Assembly (NCBI GenBank): GCA_029564175.1
Contig: JAKQQL010000021.1
Location: 1-23,609, forward strand
Direction of reading: 5' to 3'
Length of the DNA: 23,609 bases
DNA from: Candidatus Cloacimonadota bacterium
Lineage (GTDB): Bacteria > Cloacimonadota > Cloacimonadia > Cloacimonadales > WRIO01
The notes under the pieces were generated by a model, which was not told where the DNA came from, made no database searches, and saw only the letters and a list, made by a program, of their open reading frames with translations. Of this stretch, positions 1 through 9,305 are shown piece by piece. The stretch's first letter is position 1. The number at the start of each line of letters is the position of its first letter. The translations under genes were made by a program, and so were the position numbers.

Positions 1-138
1 GATCCGCCTCCTGGAACAAAGGTAATATGGAAAGGGTTAAAACATCTTAATATAATGAAAAATATGTATATATCCGTTAAAAATGTATTATTGTCTAAAA
101 AACCGCATGCGTAGAATAAAGTTTTGGGTAAAGGTAAG
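1..138 (+). mobile_element. Right end of an IS4-family (IS50/Tn5-like) insertion sequence: transposase C-terminus (1..114, partial) plus probable right terminal inverted repeat ending near 138
   Basis: Frame 1 reads DPPPGTKVIWKGLKHL...KKPHA* (TAG 112-114), matching the DPPPG..V.W(R/K)GL motif at the C-terminus of IS50/Tn5-type transposases. The reverse complement of 121-138 (CTTACCTTTACCCAAAAC) resembles IS50-type ends. A different repeat family starts abruptly at 139. Confidence 0.75.
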
Positions 139-157
139 TCCACATGAGGAGAATTGT
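139..157. repeat. Truncated copy of the CCCCTCC-ACA-GGAGGGG hairpin repeat (family D)
   Basis: tccacatgaggagaattgt matches the reverse complement of 12325-12343 (tccacaggaggagaattgt) at 18/19 nt. Confidence 0.7.
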
Positions 158-181
158 GAACTAAAATAAAAAGAGAAATTT

Positions 182-3100
182 ATGTTAGAAGACAATCATC
201 AAACATTGCTTAAACTTTGTGAAACACTCGATAATAATACAGATGAGGTTCCTTTTCAGGATTTGGATTCAGCCAGAAAAATATTACATGCGTTTTTGAA
301 TCAGGCATTGACAGAGGAGTATCAGATATTCCCTTCGCTTCGTTCGCAACTGGTTTATTTTTCAGAAAGATATAGACTTTCTGCTTATTTGTATGAGCAG
401 TTGAAACAGATACTTGATTTTTATGCCTTGCACCGAAGCCCTTCCAAAGAACAGTTTGCCATGATGTGTGTGGCTCTTTACAAGTTAACAGAGATATGCC
501 ATTTCTCACAGAATATTGACACAGCGTATGTTTTGACTAAGCTGATCAGGCAATTTGAAGAAAATGAAGTCAAGGCTCAGGTTCGCAGTGAAGAAGCATT
601 GTTAGATTTCAATGCTCAGATTATTTCATTGGAACAAGCTCAAACCCACTATCAGACCACTTTATTGAAAATGAAAGCAAAAAGTGACATCGCCAGTGAA
701 GAGATCCTTGTTTATCTCTGGGATGTATCGTCTAATAGTCAATTACCTTATGAAAAGCAGTTTCACCGTTTGGCAGATTTTTATTTTCAGGGCTGTACGG
801 TTCGCTTTTTCAATATGCGCTATCATCCTGCTAAACAGGCTTATGTGCAGACTGAAGAGAGTTTTTTTGTCTTTATGCCTGATTTTCTGATGGATGCCAG
901 TGCGATTGCTGAGTGTTTTAACCAATCTCTTTTACCGGAAGCATGGCTGTTAAAACTATTTGAGAATAACGAATTTTCCGAAGCCTTGTTAAAAGGACAA
1001 ATTATCAATCAGATTCTGGATAATATGATCAACCGGCAGGAAGAGAGTCCAGAACAGACCATTAATTTGCTGTTACAGCAGAATGTATTAAAAGCACTAT
1101 GTTTACAAGATTTCAATGTGCATAAGATGACAGAGGATATCCTTGACCGGCATTTACCCAATTTTAATCAGTTAATGTCTCATTTTTCAGAGAAAAAGAT
1201 ACTGACTGAGCCCTCTTTCATTTCACCTGAATATGGGATTCAGGGAAGGCTGGACGGGCTGATTGAAGAAGAAAATCAAGCCTTTCATAAAACGATATTT
1301 GAATTGAAATCAGGGAAAGCCCCTCAATATGGGACATGGAAAAATCATACAGCTCAGGTCATTTGTTATGACTTTTTGTTAAAATCTGTTTTTGGGAAAG
1401 CACGTGAAGGCTATAGTATGATATTTTACTCCTATGCAGAAAAAGACCCTTTACGAAATGTCATGATTTATCCTTCTGACAGACTAAAAGTGCTGATGTT
1501 ACGGAACCAGATAGTCAGTTATGTATTTAAAATCGCAAGAGGTGAAACTGATTTTGTGAGCCTCCTGGAAAATAGCTCAGGGCGTTTTCCGAAATGGCAT
1601 CAGGAGAAAATTGAGGCAATGCTTGCTGTTGTAAAAGCTTCAGACTCAATACAACAGACTTATTTTAAGACATTTACTGCTTGTATTATGAGAGAATTAA
1701 TCAATAGCAAGATAGGAAATCATGAAGACATATATGATTATGGTTTTTCAGCCTTATGGTCTTTAGATTTAGGAATAAAAGAAAAATCGGGTAGCGTGTT
1801 CAGCCGCTTGCTTATTAAAGAAAAACAGCAAAGTGATTTAATCTTTGAAGTGAATCCGAAATATGTCTCACTCAATTTCAGAGAAGGAGATCCGGTTACT
1901 TTATATGGGATTTCAAAACAGGTTCAAAATCCATCTCAGACCTATCTCATTAAAGGGAGTTTTATAGAATACCGCAACCTGTATTTAAAAATTAAAATGA
2001 GAAATGAATGCCTGGATGAAGCCTATTTCAGGCAGTTTGACTACTTTATTCTGGAGAAGGACAATCTTGAATTTAGCCATTTTGCCCTGATGAATTCGAT
2101 GTATGATTTTATGAAAGCATCTGAAAACCGAAAACAACTACTCTTAGGACTTCAAACGCCACAGAGTACCTGGAAGGATTCTGAAATAAGTGATAATACA
2201 CATGCTGACCGTGCTCAAAGAATCATCCATAAAGCGCTGGCAGCAAAAGATTACTTTATCATTCAGGGACCTCCGGGAACAGGCAAGACATCAAAAGTGA
2301 TTATGGGTATTGTTCAACAATTACTGCAAAAAGAGGATAAACCGATTGTTATACTGGCGTTTACCAACAAGGCAGTGGATGAAATCATCAGTCGTCTCAA
2401 ACAAAACCAGACGGAATATATCAGACTCGGTAGTCGTCATAGCAACGATTCTAATCATATCAGTCATATTTTGGACATTGACAACAGAGAAAAAAGTCTC
2501 GCTTTACTAATGGCTGCTAAGGTATTTGTTTCAACTGTTTCCACTTTTCAGAATGAAGGGCATTTTCTGCTGCAATTAATCCCTGAAGGGACTCTGATTG
2601 TTGATGAGGCATCTCAATTGCTTGAACCACATCTGGCAGGTTTGTGTGTACGATTTAAAAAATGGATTCTGATCGGAGATCATTACCAGTTGCCGGCAGT
2701 TTCAAGTGACTCAGAAACAGAAGTGCCGATCCTTTTACAGGAAACGATAGGTTTAAAGCGTCTCAATGAGTCTTTATTTGAGCGAATGATCAGATTATGC
2801 CAGCAAAAGGGATGGAATCATGCCTGGGATATCCTCACAGAACACTACCGGATGCACGATGAAATTGCAGATTTGATCAACCATTATTATGATTATCAGT
2901 TAAAAAGCGGTTCATTGATACAGACATCAGGTCAATGTTTTGACAGTATGGTTTCAGAGAAATCAGATTTATTTATGAAACGAAGACTCTTTATTCCCTG
3001 TCGATCTTCTTTAAAAATGAAATTGAATGAGGGAGAGGCGGCATTGATTGTCAATATGATTTCAGAATATGAGAAGGCAGGCATTTTAGAAAGTTATACG

Positions 3101-3436
3101 ATTGGCATTATTTGCTTTTGGAAAGCGCAATGTAATCTGATTCGTCAAAGACTCAGAGAAGCAGGGATTAACCGAGAAATAATGACCGATACAGTCGAAA
3201 GATATCAAGGCTCTGAACGGGATATCATTATCGTATCAACTGCCCTGAGTAAAACGTCAGATCTGGAGATTGTCAGTTTGCTGACACATAATCATAAGGT
3301 GGACAGAAAACTCAATGTAGCCGTATCAAGAGCGAAACGGCAGTTTATACTGCTGGGAGACCCTGATATCCTGAATCATTCCTCCCATTACCGGCATCTG
3401 CTGAGTAAACTGCATCGTATGAACGGTGAATTATAA
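182..3436 (+). CDS. Dna2/NAM7-like nuclease-helicase: PD-(D/E)XK (RecB/Cas4-like) nuclease fused to a C-terminal Upf1-like SF1 helicase
   Basis: Nuclease motifs EPSF..PEYGIQGRLDGL, FELKSGK and HTAQVICY. Helicase motifs GPPGTGKT, AFTNKAVD, VDEASQ, IGDHYQLPAV, YRMH, TVERYQGSERD and LNVAVSRAK. Confidence 0.9.
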   Translation: MLEDNHQTLLKLCETLDNNTDEVPFQDLDSARKILHAFLNQALTEEYQIFPSLRSQLVYFSERYRLSAYLYEQLKQILDFYALHRSPSKEQFAMMCVALYKLTEICHFSQNIDTAYVLTKLIRQFEENEVKAQVRSEEALLDFNAQIISLEQAQTHYQTTLLKMKAKSDIASEEILVYLWDVSSNSQLPYEKQFHRLADFYFQGCTVRFFNMRYHPAKQAYVQTEESFFVFMPDFLMDASAIAECFNQSLLPEAWLLKLFENNEFSEALLKGQIINQILDNMINRQEESPEQTINLLLQQNVLKALCLQDFNVHKMTEDILDRHLPNFNQLMSHFSEKKILTEPSFISPEYGIQGRLDGLIEEENQAFHKTIFELKSGKAPQYGTWKNHTAQVICYDFLLKSVFGKAREGYSMIFYSYAEKDPLRNVMIYPSDRLKVLMLRNQIVSYVFKIARGETDFVSLLENSSGRFPKWHQEKIEAMLAVVKASDSIQQTYFKTFTACIMRELINSKIGNHEDIYDYGFSALWSLDLGIKEKSGSVFSRLLIKEKQQSDLIFEVNPKYVSLNFREGDPVTLYGISKQVQNPSQTYLIKGSFIEYRNLYLKIKMRNECLDEAYFRQFDYFILEKDNLEFSHFALMNSMYDFMKASENRKQLLLGLQTPQSTWKDSEISDNTHADRAQRIIHKALAAKDYFIIQGPPGTGKTSKVIMGIVQQLLQKEDKPIVILAFTNKAVDEIISRLKQNQTEYIRLGSRHSNDSNHISHILDIDNREKSLALLMAAKVFVSTVSTFQNEGHFLLQLIPEGTLIVDEASQLLEPHLAGLCVRFKKWILIGDHYQLPAVSSDSETEVPILLQETIGLKRLNESLFERMIRLCQQKGWNHAWDILTEHYRMHDEIADLINHYYDYQLKSGSLIQTSGQCFDSMVSEKSDLFMKRRLFIPCRSSLKMKLNEGEAALIVNMISEYEKAGILESYTIGIICFWKAQCNLIRQRLREAGINREIMTDTVERYQGSERDIIIVSTALSKTSDLEIVSLLTHNHKVDRKLNVAVSRAKRQFILLGDPDILNHSSHYRHLLSKLHRMNGEL

Positions 3437-3601
3437 GGACTTGAACCTGAGATATAGGAGTTAACTCGATGATAGACTTGAAGATCAATATATTTAGAAA
3501 AGGAAATTTCACTTTATTACTTTTTCTTACATTGTAGTACGGTAACGTACCTCCCTTCTACAGGGCGGAATTTACCCGTATAACAATCAGAAAGCGCTAT
3601 T

Positions 3602-4270
3602 CTATTGGGTGGGTTGTTTCAGATAGTCAGTAAAGACAATGAGTCTGTCCACAAAGTGAAAGCTCTGTTTAAGTGTCGTACCGATAATCAGCCGATTGCC
3701 TTGAGCAATATGTTTTTCAAGGATTGATTCTACTTTTGCAGTGTATTCCGAATCAAAATTCTGAAATGGTTCGTCTAAAACCAGTAGTTCTGGATTGATC
3801 AGACAACTACGGATGATACCAAACAACTTTCTTTGCATGAAAGTCAGCTCTACAGGTCTTTTTAGCAACAGATGGCTGATTTCAAAAGGTTTGACAAAAT
3901 CATTTATGTAGTTTGTTTTTTCAGAGGAAGAGAGCTCATTCACATGAAAATTAAGCGTCAATAGCATATTTTCCTGAATTGTCAGATTAGATATCATGAC
4001 GCCATGCTGATACACATAGCTGATTTTCTTTTTGATCAGTTGATATATCGATTCATTGCAATAGTTTAAGTCTTCTCCAAAAATACGAATCGCTCCCGAT
4101 TCTGGGGGAATAACGCCACTTATCAGTTTTAAAAAAGTACTCAGTCCGCTTTCAGCTTCGGCTCTGACTAAAATATTGTGACCTGGGTTAATGATAAGTT
4201 CGGGTATTTCCAGCCAGCTATCCGTACTCAGACGGTGTTTTACATTCCTGATTTCAATTGACTGATTCAT
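3602..4270 (-). CDS. ABC transporter ATP-binding protein, MlaF/Mkl-like, with degenerate motifs
   Basis: Q-loop YVYQHGVMISNLTIQEN and Walker B LLVLDEP are present. It overlaps the upstream MlaE-like gene by 4 nt (ATGA). Walker A reads AEAESGLST. Confidence 0.8.
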   Translation of the reverse strand: MNQSIEIRNVKHRLSTDSWLEIPELIINPGHNILVRAEAESGLSTFLKLISGVIPPESGAIRIFGEDLNYCNESIYQLIKKKISYVYQHGVMISNLTIQENMLLTLNFHVNELSSSEKTNYINDFVKPFEISHLLLKRPVELTFMQRKLFGIIRSCLINPELLVLDEPFQNFDSEYTAKVESILEKHIAQGNRLIIGTTLKQSFHFVDRLIVFTDYLKQPTQ

Positions 4271-5046
4271 AATATAAAGAATACCAATGTGATACTAATA
4301 TCTGTGATAATAATTGTGCTGATGCAATAAACCACAGCTTTTATCGTTCGCTGAGGGACTTCTGTGATTGCTTTATCTACCTTAAGACCCTGATAGGCTG
4401 AGATTAAGGAGATTAATATTCCAAAAACAAGTGATTTGATAATACTTTGTATAATGTCCTGAATCGAAAGTGTTTTCAACAACATATTTGAAAATTCAGA
4501 AAATGGGATTGGTCTGACAAAGCTGGCTACCCACCAGCCTCCTAAAAAAGCAGCCAGATTAAAATAGATCGATAATACCACACAAGCAACAGTTACGCCT
4601 ACCATACGGGGTACAACCAGATAAGAGATTGGAGAAATGCCTATGGAATCTATCAACTCAATTTCCTGATTTACCTTCATATTACCTAATTCAGTAGAAA
4701 TCGCTGTACCAGAACGGGCAACGATCAAAAAGGCAGTCAGCACGCAAGCCAGTTCTCGGGTAATACCCATCACCAATATTGAATAAAGGACATGATTTTG
4801 ACCAAAGCTTTGAAGCAGTGGACCTAACTGAATAATAATCAATCCACCTAATGAAGTCGCAATGACTAACACCAACGCCAGCGCTTCATATCCGGTAAAG
4901 AGAATTTGACGGAGTAAAACCAGTGAGCTGACATTGGTCTGCTTAGAGAACAGAATGATTTTAAAAAAAGTCTCTATCGAGAATGAGATAAACTCAATGA
5001 AGCCGGTAAATGCAGCAATGATCCGGTCACCGATGATTTGAAACAT
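4267..5046 (-). CDS. mlaE: MlaE-family ABC permease
   Basis: Hydrophobic helices with MlaE signatures RELACVLTAFLIVARSGTAISTELGNMKVNQEI, GISPISYLVVPR and VPQRTIKAVV. Confidence 0.9.
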   Translation of the reverse strand: MFQIIGDRIIAAFTGFIEFISFSIETFFKIILFSKQTNVSSLVLLRQILFTGYEALALVLVIATSLGGLIIIQLGPLLQSFGQNHVLYSILVMGITRELACVLTAFLIVARSGTAISTELGNMKVNQEIELIDSIGISPISYLVVPRMVGVTVACVVLSIYFNLAAFLGGWWVASFVRPIPFSEFSNMLLKTLSIQDIIQSIIKSLVFGILISLISAYQGLKVDKAITEVPQRTIKAVVYCISTIIITDISITLVFFIL

Positions 5047-6187
5047 AAGCCTTTACCAGTATATCACTTTCTATCCGATGGACAGAATCGAAATGGAGTT
5101 GAATCGCCGAATCCATCGTTTCGATATTTAAATCCTGAAACACTGTATTTTGCCCTCCCAGTATCTTTGGGGCAATAAAATAATAGATTTTATCTACCAG
5201 ATGCGCTTTCAGAAAGGAGGTCGCCAACGTAGGTCCGGTTTCTACCAGCACAGAGCTGATTTCTCTCTCAGACAATACAGTGAGCAGTGATTTCAGGTCG
5301 ATTTTATCTTGAGTTGCTTTAACTGCAAGCACTTCACAAGACATCTCTCTGAGATAGTCTTCTTTATCCAGAAATTGCCACTCATCAGATTGACTGACAA
5401 AATCAGGATTCTCAGATCTGACAATCAGAGTAGGATACTGACTGGCTGTTTCAACAATCAAACTATGCTTGGGAATCTCCAGGAAAGGATCGAGTATCAC
5501 CCGAATTGGAGAAGGGCATCCTGTCAGTAGCTCACCTGTCTCAAAATGTCTGACATCACTAATCCTTACATTCAAGAGAGGATCATCCGCTATCACACTT
5601 CTGACCCCACTGATAATCGCAGAAACCTCAGCACGAATCTGATGGACAATCTTTCTGGATTCGTTATTGGTAATCCATTTAGATTCTCCGGTGGAAGTGG
5701 CGATACGCGCATCCAGAGAGGTCGCATTCTTCATAATCACAAATGGTCTTTTCAAACGTTTCCAGGTCAGAAATGCTTCTAACTGCTTTTCGATCTGCTC
5801 TGCCATAAAACCAAATTCTACTTCTATATCAGCCTGTAACAGATAACCAAAACCTTTTCCGTTTACGGCTGGATTGGGATCACTCAGGCCGGCATAAACA
5901 TGTTTTATCCCTGCCTTAATAATCGCCTCAGTACAGGGGGGTGTCTTACCATAATGACAGCAAGGTTCCAGGGTTACATAGAGTGATGCTCCTTTTGCCT
6001 GATCTCCGGCTTGTTTTAAGGCGACAATCTCTGCATGATCTGAACCACACTTTTGGGTATATCCCAAGCCAATAACGGTATCGTCTTTCACTATGACTGC
6101 CCCGACAAATGGATTAGGCCGGCTGAGAAAGCGTCCTTTTTCGGCAGTCTCTATGGCAAGCTTCATGTATTTTTCCTGGTAAGCCAT
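5027..6187 (-). CDS. ribD: Bifunctional diaminohydroxyphosphoribosylaminopyrimidine deaminase / 5-amino-6-(5-phosphoribosylamino)uracil reductase
   Basis: Deaminase motifs PNPFVGAVIV, HAE and VTLEPCCHYGKTPPC; reductase motifs SLDARIAT..GESKWIT, DDPLLNVR and FIAPKILGG. Confidence 0.97.
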   Translation of the reverse strand: MAYQEKYMKLAIETAEKGRFLSRPNPFVGAVIVKDDTVIGLGYTQKCGSDHAEIVALKQAGDQAKGASLYVTLEPCCHYGKTPPCTEAIIKAGIKHVYAGLSDPNPAVNGKGFGYLLQADIEVEFGFMAEQIEKQLEAFLTWKRLKRPFVIMKNATSLDARIATSTGESKWITNNESRKIVHQIRAEVSAIISGVRSVIADDPLLNVRISDVRHFETGELLTGCPSPIRVILDPFLEIPKHSLIVETASQYPTLIVRSENPDFVSQSDEWQFLDKEDYLREMSCEVLAVKATQDKIDLKSLLTVLSEREISSVLVETGPTLATSFLKAHLVDKIYYFIAPKILGGQNTVFQDLNIETMDSAIQLHFDSVHRIESDILVKAYVSNHR

Positions 6188-6225
6188 AAATATCCTGTTT
6201 CTATAATTAGATTGGGTGACTATAT

Positions 6226-6248
6226 CGCAAGCGGGTAGCTTACGTTAC
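6226..6248 (-). repeat. Single degenerate REP hairpin (A/B class)
   Basis: The + strand sequence cgcaagcgggtagcttacgttac resembles the copies at 7579-7725. Confidence 0.6.
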
Positions 6249-6275
6249 TGTCTGCCATCCTGGAGTTTAACACGA

Positions 6276-7472
6276 TTAGAAAATCTCTTTGATTTTTTCC
6301 AGATTCTTCTGGGCATACTCATAGTTAGGGTCAATTTCCAGGCATTTTTCAAATAGTTTGGTGGCTTCTGTTACATTCTTTTCGAACAGACAGATCGTTC
6401 CCAGATTATTAAGTGCATTGAGGTAATCCGGTTTGATTTTCAAAATCTGGTAATAGAGCATTTTAGCTTTATCCATTTTATTTTCTGCCTGCCAGATAAA
6501 AGCGAGGTTATAATAACTTTCCACAAAGAAAGGATCAAGCGCAATGGCTGTTTCATAAGCATTTTTGGCATGTTTCATTTCGCCTCTGATACTGTAATAG
6601 AGGCCTTCATAGTAGTAAAGGTCTGCCGAGAAGAAATAGATTTGTTTATAATTGGTCAGATAACGGTAGGCGGTTTCGATCTCTTGTTTTGCCAGCGCTC
6701 CTGCAATAAAACGTAAGGCTTCATTTTCTGTACGTACCAGATTAACCGCACCAAATGCCTGATAACGAACAGACCAATGATTATCCTGAGGTGTCAGAAT
6801 TAGGGTAAATTCCTGATTATTATTCAGTTCAAAACTTACAAATGCCTCTTTTGCCTGAGCAGACATGCCGGAAGCAATCAGACTAAAATGAGATAATTTG
6901 CGGATAGAATGATGACTCTTAAAATGCGCCAGTAACAATTCATGATTATACTCATTATCACTTAACTGCCAGGGGACATACCGCTTCAAAGCCTCTTCAA
7001 AGTTGCCTTCTAAAAGAAGTTCCATATATGTGAGCGCATCATCTTCAAAATGTTTTTCACTGTTTTGCGCTTTATATGAAAAACCTAAACGCTTAAATAA
7101 ATAAGCTTTTGTATCTTCTGGAAATTCTACCGATAATAAAAAATGATGAAGCTTTTGCTTTTTACTTTCATCGTTTATCATTAAAACCGGTATATCCAAA
7201 TCCAGCTCTTCTGCCTGATGATTCATCCAGTAATCTGCAATCAGATGGTTTAACTCGTCTAATTCACTTTTAGAATCCACTTTGGCGTTGATTGCCAGTT
7301 TTTTTTGTTCAGGATCTGCTGATTTCAAATGATATTCACAGGTTACAGGACATTTAAAGTCAGATCTCATCTGATTACAGCAATGCCAGCAAATGTGTTT
7401 GCCTTTTCTCAAACAGTATCGATGTCCGATGATTTTTTTGCATTCTTTACAACGGTTTCTGCTAAACAGCAT
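6276..7472 (-). CDS. Tetratricopeptide-repeat protein with an N-terminal Cys-rich (putative Zn-binding) domain
   Basis: N-terminus CKEC..YC..ICWHCC..CPVTC (8 Cys). C-terminal TPRs include AYETAIALDPFFVESYYNLA, KPDYLNALNNLG and CLEIDPNYEYAQKNL. Confidence 0.85.
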   Translation of the reverse strand: MLFSRNRCKECKKIIGHRYCLRKGKHICWHCCNQMRSDFKCPVTCEYHLKSADPEQKKLAINAKVDSKSELDELNHLIADYWMNHQAEELDLDIPVLMINDESKKQKLHHFLLSVEFPEDTKAYLFKRLGFSYKAQNSEKHFEDDALTYMELLLEGNFEEALKRYVPWQLSDNEYNHELLLAHFKSHHSIRKLSHFSLIASGMSAQAKEAFVSFELNNNQEFTLILTPQDNHWSVRYQAFGAVNLVRTENEALRFIAGALAKQEIETAYRYLTNYKQIYFFSADLYYYEGLYYSIRGEMKHAKNAYETAIALDPFFVESYYNLAFIWQAENKMDKAKMLYYQILKIKPDYLNALNNLGTICLFEKNVTEATKLFEKCLEIDPNYEYAQKNLEKIKEIF

Positions 7473-7539
7473 ATATGTCTCCGATAATGATTCATTTCAC
7501 TGCTATGTGACTTAACGACCAGGAGGTCGATCTACAGTA

Positions 7540-7725
7540 GTACTACAAGCATCTTGCTTTGTAGGTAATGTGTATTTTCGCAAGCTGGTAGCTTGCATTA
7601 CAACTTTTTCTGCAAGCTGGTAGCTTGCAGTACAATGACATCGCAAGCTGGTAGCTCACAGTACGAATTTCGCAAGCTGGTAGCTTGCGGTACAACGACT
7701 ATCACAAGCTGGTAGCTTGCGGTAC
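7540..7725. repeat. REP cluster: one class-C hairpin (+) followed by five tandem minus-strand REPs
   Basis: (c/t)gcaagctggtagcttgc(g/a)gtac-like copies at 7579, 7611, 7642, 7671 and 7703 (spacing 32, 31, 29, 32). gtactacaagcatcttgctttgtag at 7540-7564. Confidence 0.9.
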
Positions 7726-7743
7726 AGCACGTCTATATCAAAT

Positions 7744-8508
7744 TTATTCCATCATATCAGGCATCTGTCGTTTGAATTCACTCTGTCTGATTTTTTTATG
7801 AACCAGTTCCAGCTGATGTTTTTCGACAGAACTCATGAGTATATCCTGATCGCTTTTCTTTAAATCGATCAATTGGTACAGAATCTCATCAAGGCTTGCA
7901 TAGGTGATGCCCAATTCCTCTTCGTCAGTTTGTCCTGCCCACAAATCAGCGGTTGGTTTTTTCTTAATAATGGGGCCAGGTATATTCAGATATTCAGACA
8001 TTGCTTTGACTTCTGTTTTATAGAGATGTCCGATAGGTTCAAAACCACAGGCCGAATCACCATATTGGGTGCAATAGCCGACATAGAGTTCAGATTTATT
8101 GCTGGTACCTGCAACGATCGCCTGGTGTTTTGCTGACAAATCGAACAGGGTACACATTCTGATACGAGCCATATAATTGCCTTTTCGGAGCAAATCTGCA
8201 TCTGGTGCATAATGTTTGAAGTATTCATCCACCATGGGTGATATATCAACGACCTGATAAGAAATATTCAGATGTTGTGCCAGGAGGGAGGCATGTCCCA
8301 GACTGTCCGGATGTGAGTTTTTATAAGGCATCATCACCCCGTACACATTTTGACTGCCCAATGCTTTTACACACAGGCTTGCAGTCAGCGCAGAATCAAT
8401 TCCACCGGATAAGCCAACGATTGTCTTAGAAAATCCGGTACTTTTCAATTTATTTTGAATAAAAGCAACGATTCGGGCGACTTCATTTTCTATATTAAGT
8501 TGTCTCAT
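7744..8508 (-). CDS. nadE: NH3-dependent NAD+ synthetase
   Basis: GLSGGIDS P-loop, GNYMARIRM, GTSNKSE, TQYGD, PIGHLYKTEV and KPTADLWAGQTDEEELG. Start moved to ATG 8508, which is preceded by the RBS AAAGGAG. Confidence 0.95.
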   Translation of the reverse strand: MRQLNIENEVARIVAFIQNKLKSTGFSKTIVGLSGGIDSALTASLCVKALGSQNVYGVMMPYKNSHPDSLGHASLLAQHLNISYQVVDISPMVDEYFKHYAPDADLLRKGNYMARIRMCTLFDLSAKHQAIVAGTSNKSELYVGYCTQYGDSACGFEPIGHLYKTEVKAMSEYLNIPGPIIKKKPTADLWAGQTDEEELGITYASLDEILYQLIDLKKSDQDILMSSVEKHQLELVHKKIRQSEFKRQMPDMME

Positions 8509-8543
8509 GTAATCTCCTTTCTGATTAGGATAGAGCAAATCCT

Positions 8544-9068
8544 TTAGAGTACGGTTTCCGGCTCACAAAGGACTTCTTTAATTTTAGAAAGATGAATTTT
8601 GGAAAGAGGAGCAGGTTCTATCAGAACCAGTGTATCTAGATAACGGCCTGTTCCGCTCATGACCAGCACTTCTTTATCTTTGGGGATGAGTTCCAATTCA
8701 AGTGAAATACTGGCTGCCTGAATACAATCTTGCATATTTTCACTCAGATGTCTGATTGTAGAAGTGAATATCTCGGTGCTAAAGCTGGTTTTATCATCCA
8801 CAATGATTTTCTTTTTATGATTTAGTATATCAAGCCAGGTATCCTGACTGACGAAGCTTATGGATTTACAGAAGAAGTTCATCTGGATATCGCCATCCAT
8901 GATGTCTTTACTTTCATTATAAATCAAAATCAGATGTTTATCCGGCAAATTAAGAGTGGGCAACTGGTCTCTTTTATGAAAGAAAACGATAATGTTATCT
9001 ACCTTTTTGGTTTGGATTTTACTCTCAAAAATCTGTGAATTATTTTCATCACTATGTGTCTTATACAT
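8544..9068 (-). CDS. Divergent pyruvate-kinase alpha/beta (PK_C, MTH1675-like) domain protein
   Basis: The C-terminus ISLELELIPKDKEVLVMSGTGRYLDTLVLIEPA...IKEVLCEP resembles the stand-alone PK_C family tail. ATG 9068 has the RBS AAGGGAGG. Confidence 0.6.
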   Translation of the reverse strand: MYKTHSDENNSQIFESKIQTKKVDNIIVFFHKRDQLPTLNLPDKHLILIYNESKDIMDGDIQMNFFCKSISFVSQDTWLDILNHKKKIIVDDKTSFSTEIFTSTIRHLSENMQDCIQAASISLELELIPKDKEVLVMSGTGRYLDTLVLIEPAPLSKIHLSKIKEVLCEPETVL

Positions 9069-9089
9069 CTGACCTCCCTTGCTAGAATA

Positions 9090-9118
9090 CATATAATTCA
9101 TATATTGTTTTTCGTCAA
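9090..9118 (-). promoter_or_regulatory. Putative sigma70-type promoter for the PK_C-nadE run
   Basis: TTGACG-17 nt-TATATG on the minus strand, 22 nt upstream of ATG 9068. Confidence 0.5.
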
Positions 9119-9220
9119 TAATCTTTTTTAAAAAATGTGATTTTTTTCAAATGAAGTGATTATGATGAGACTTATTAGTCCAGAACGATTAAATTTATTC
9201 ACAAAACTCAAAAATATCTC

Positions 9221-9249
9221 TTGACTTTTTCAAAAAATGACGATATAAG
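9221..9249 (+). promoter_or_regulatory. Putative sigma70-type promoter for the solute-binding protein gene
   Basis: TTGACT-17 nt-TATAAG. Confidence 0.5.
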
Positions 9250-9305
9250 ATAAAGAGAAAGTATATTGATCTGATCCACAACACATATTTGCAGGGAGCA
9301 ATGAG

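Noticed and set aside
6188..6275. FMN riboswitch upstream of ribD
   Set aside because: The gap is only 88 nt, lacks the FMN aptamer consensus and contains a degenerate REP instead.
7579..7725. Mini CRISPR array
   Set aside because: Spacers are only 6-9 nt and the repeats are REP-class hairpins.
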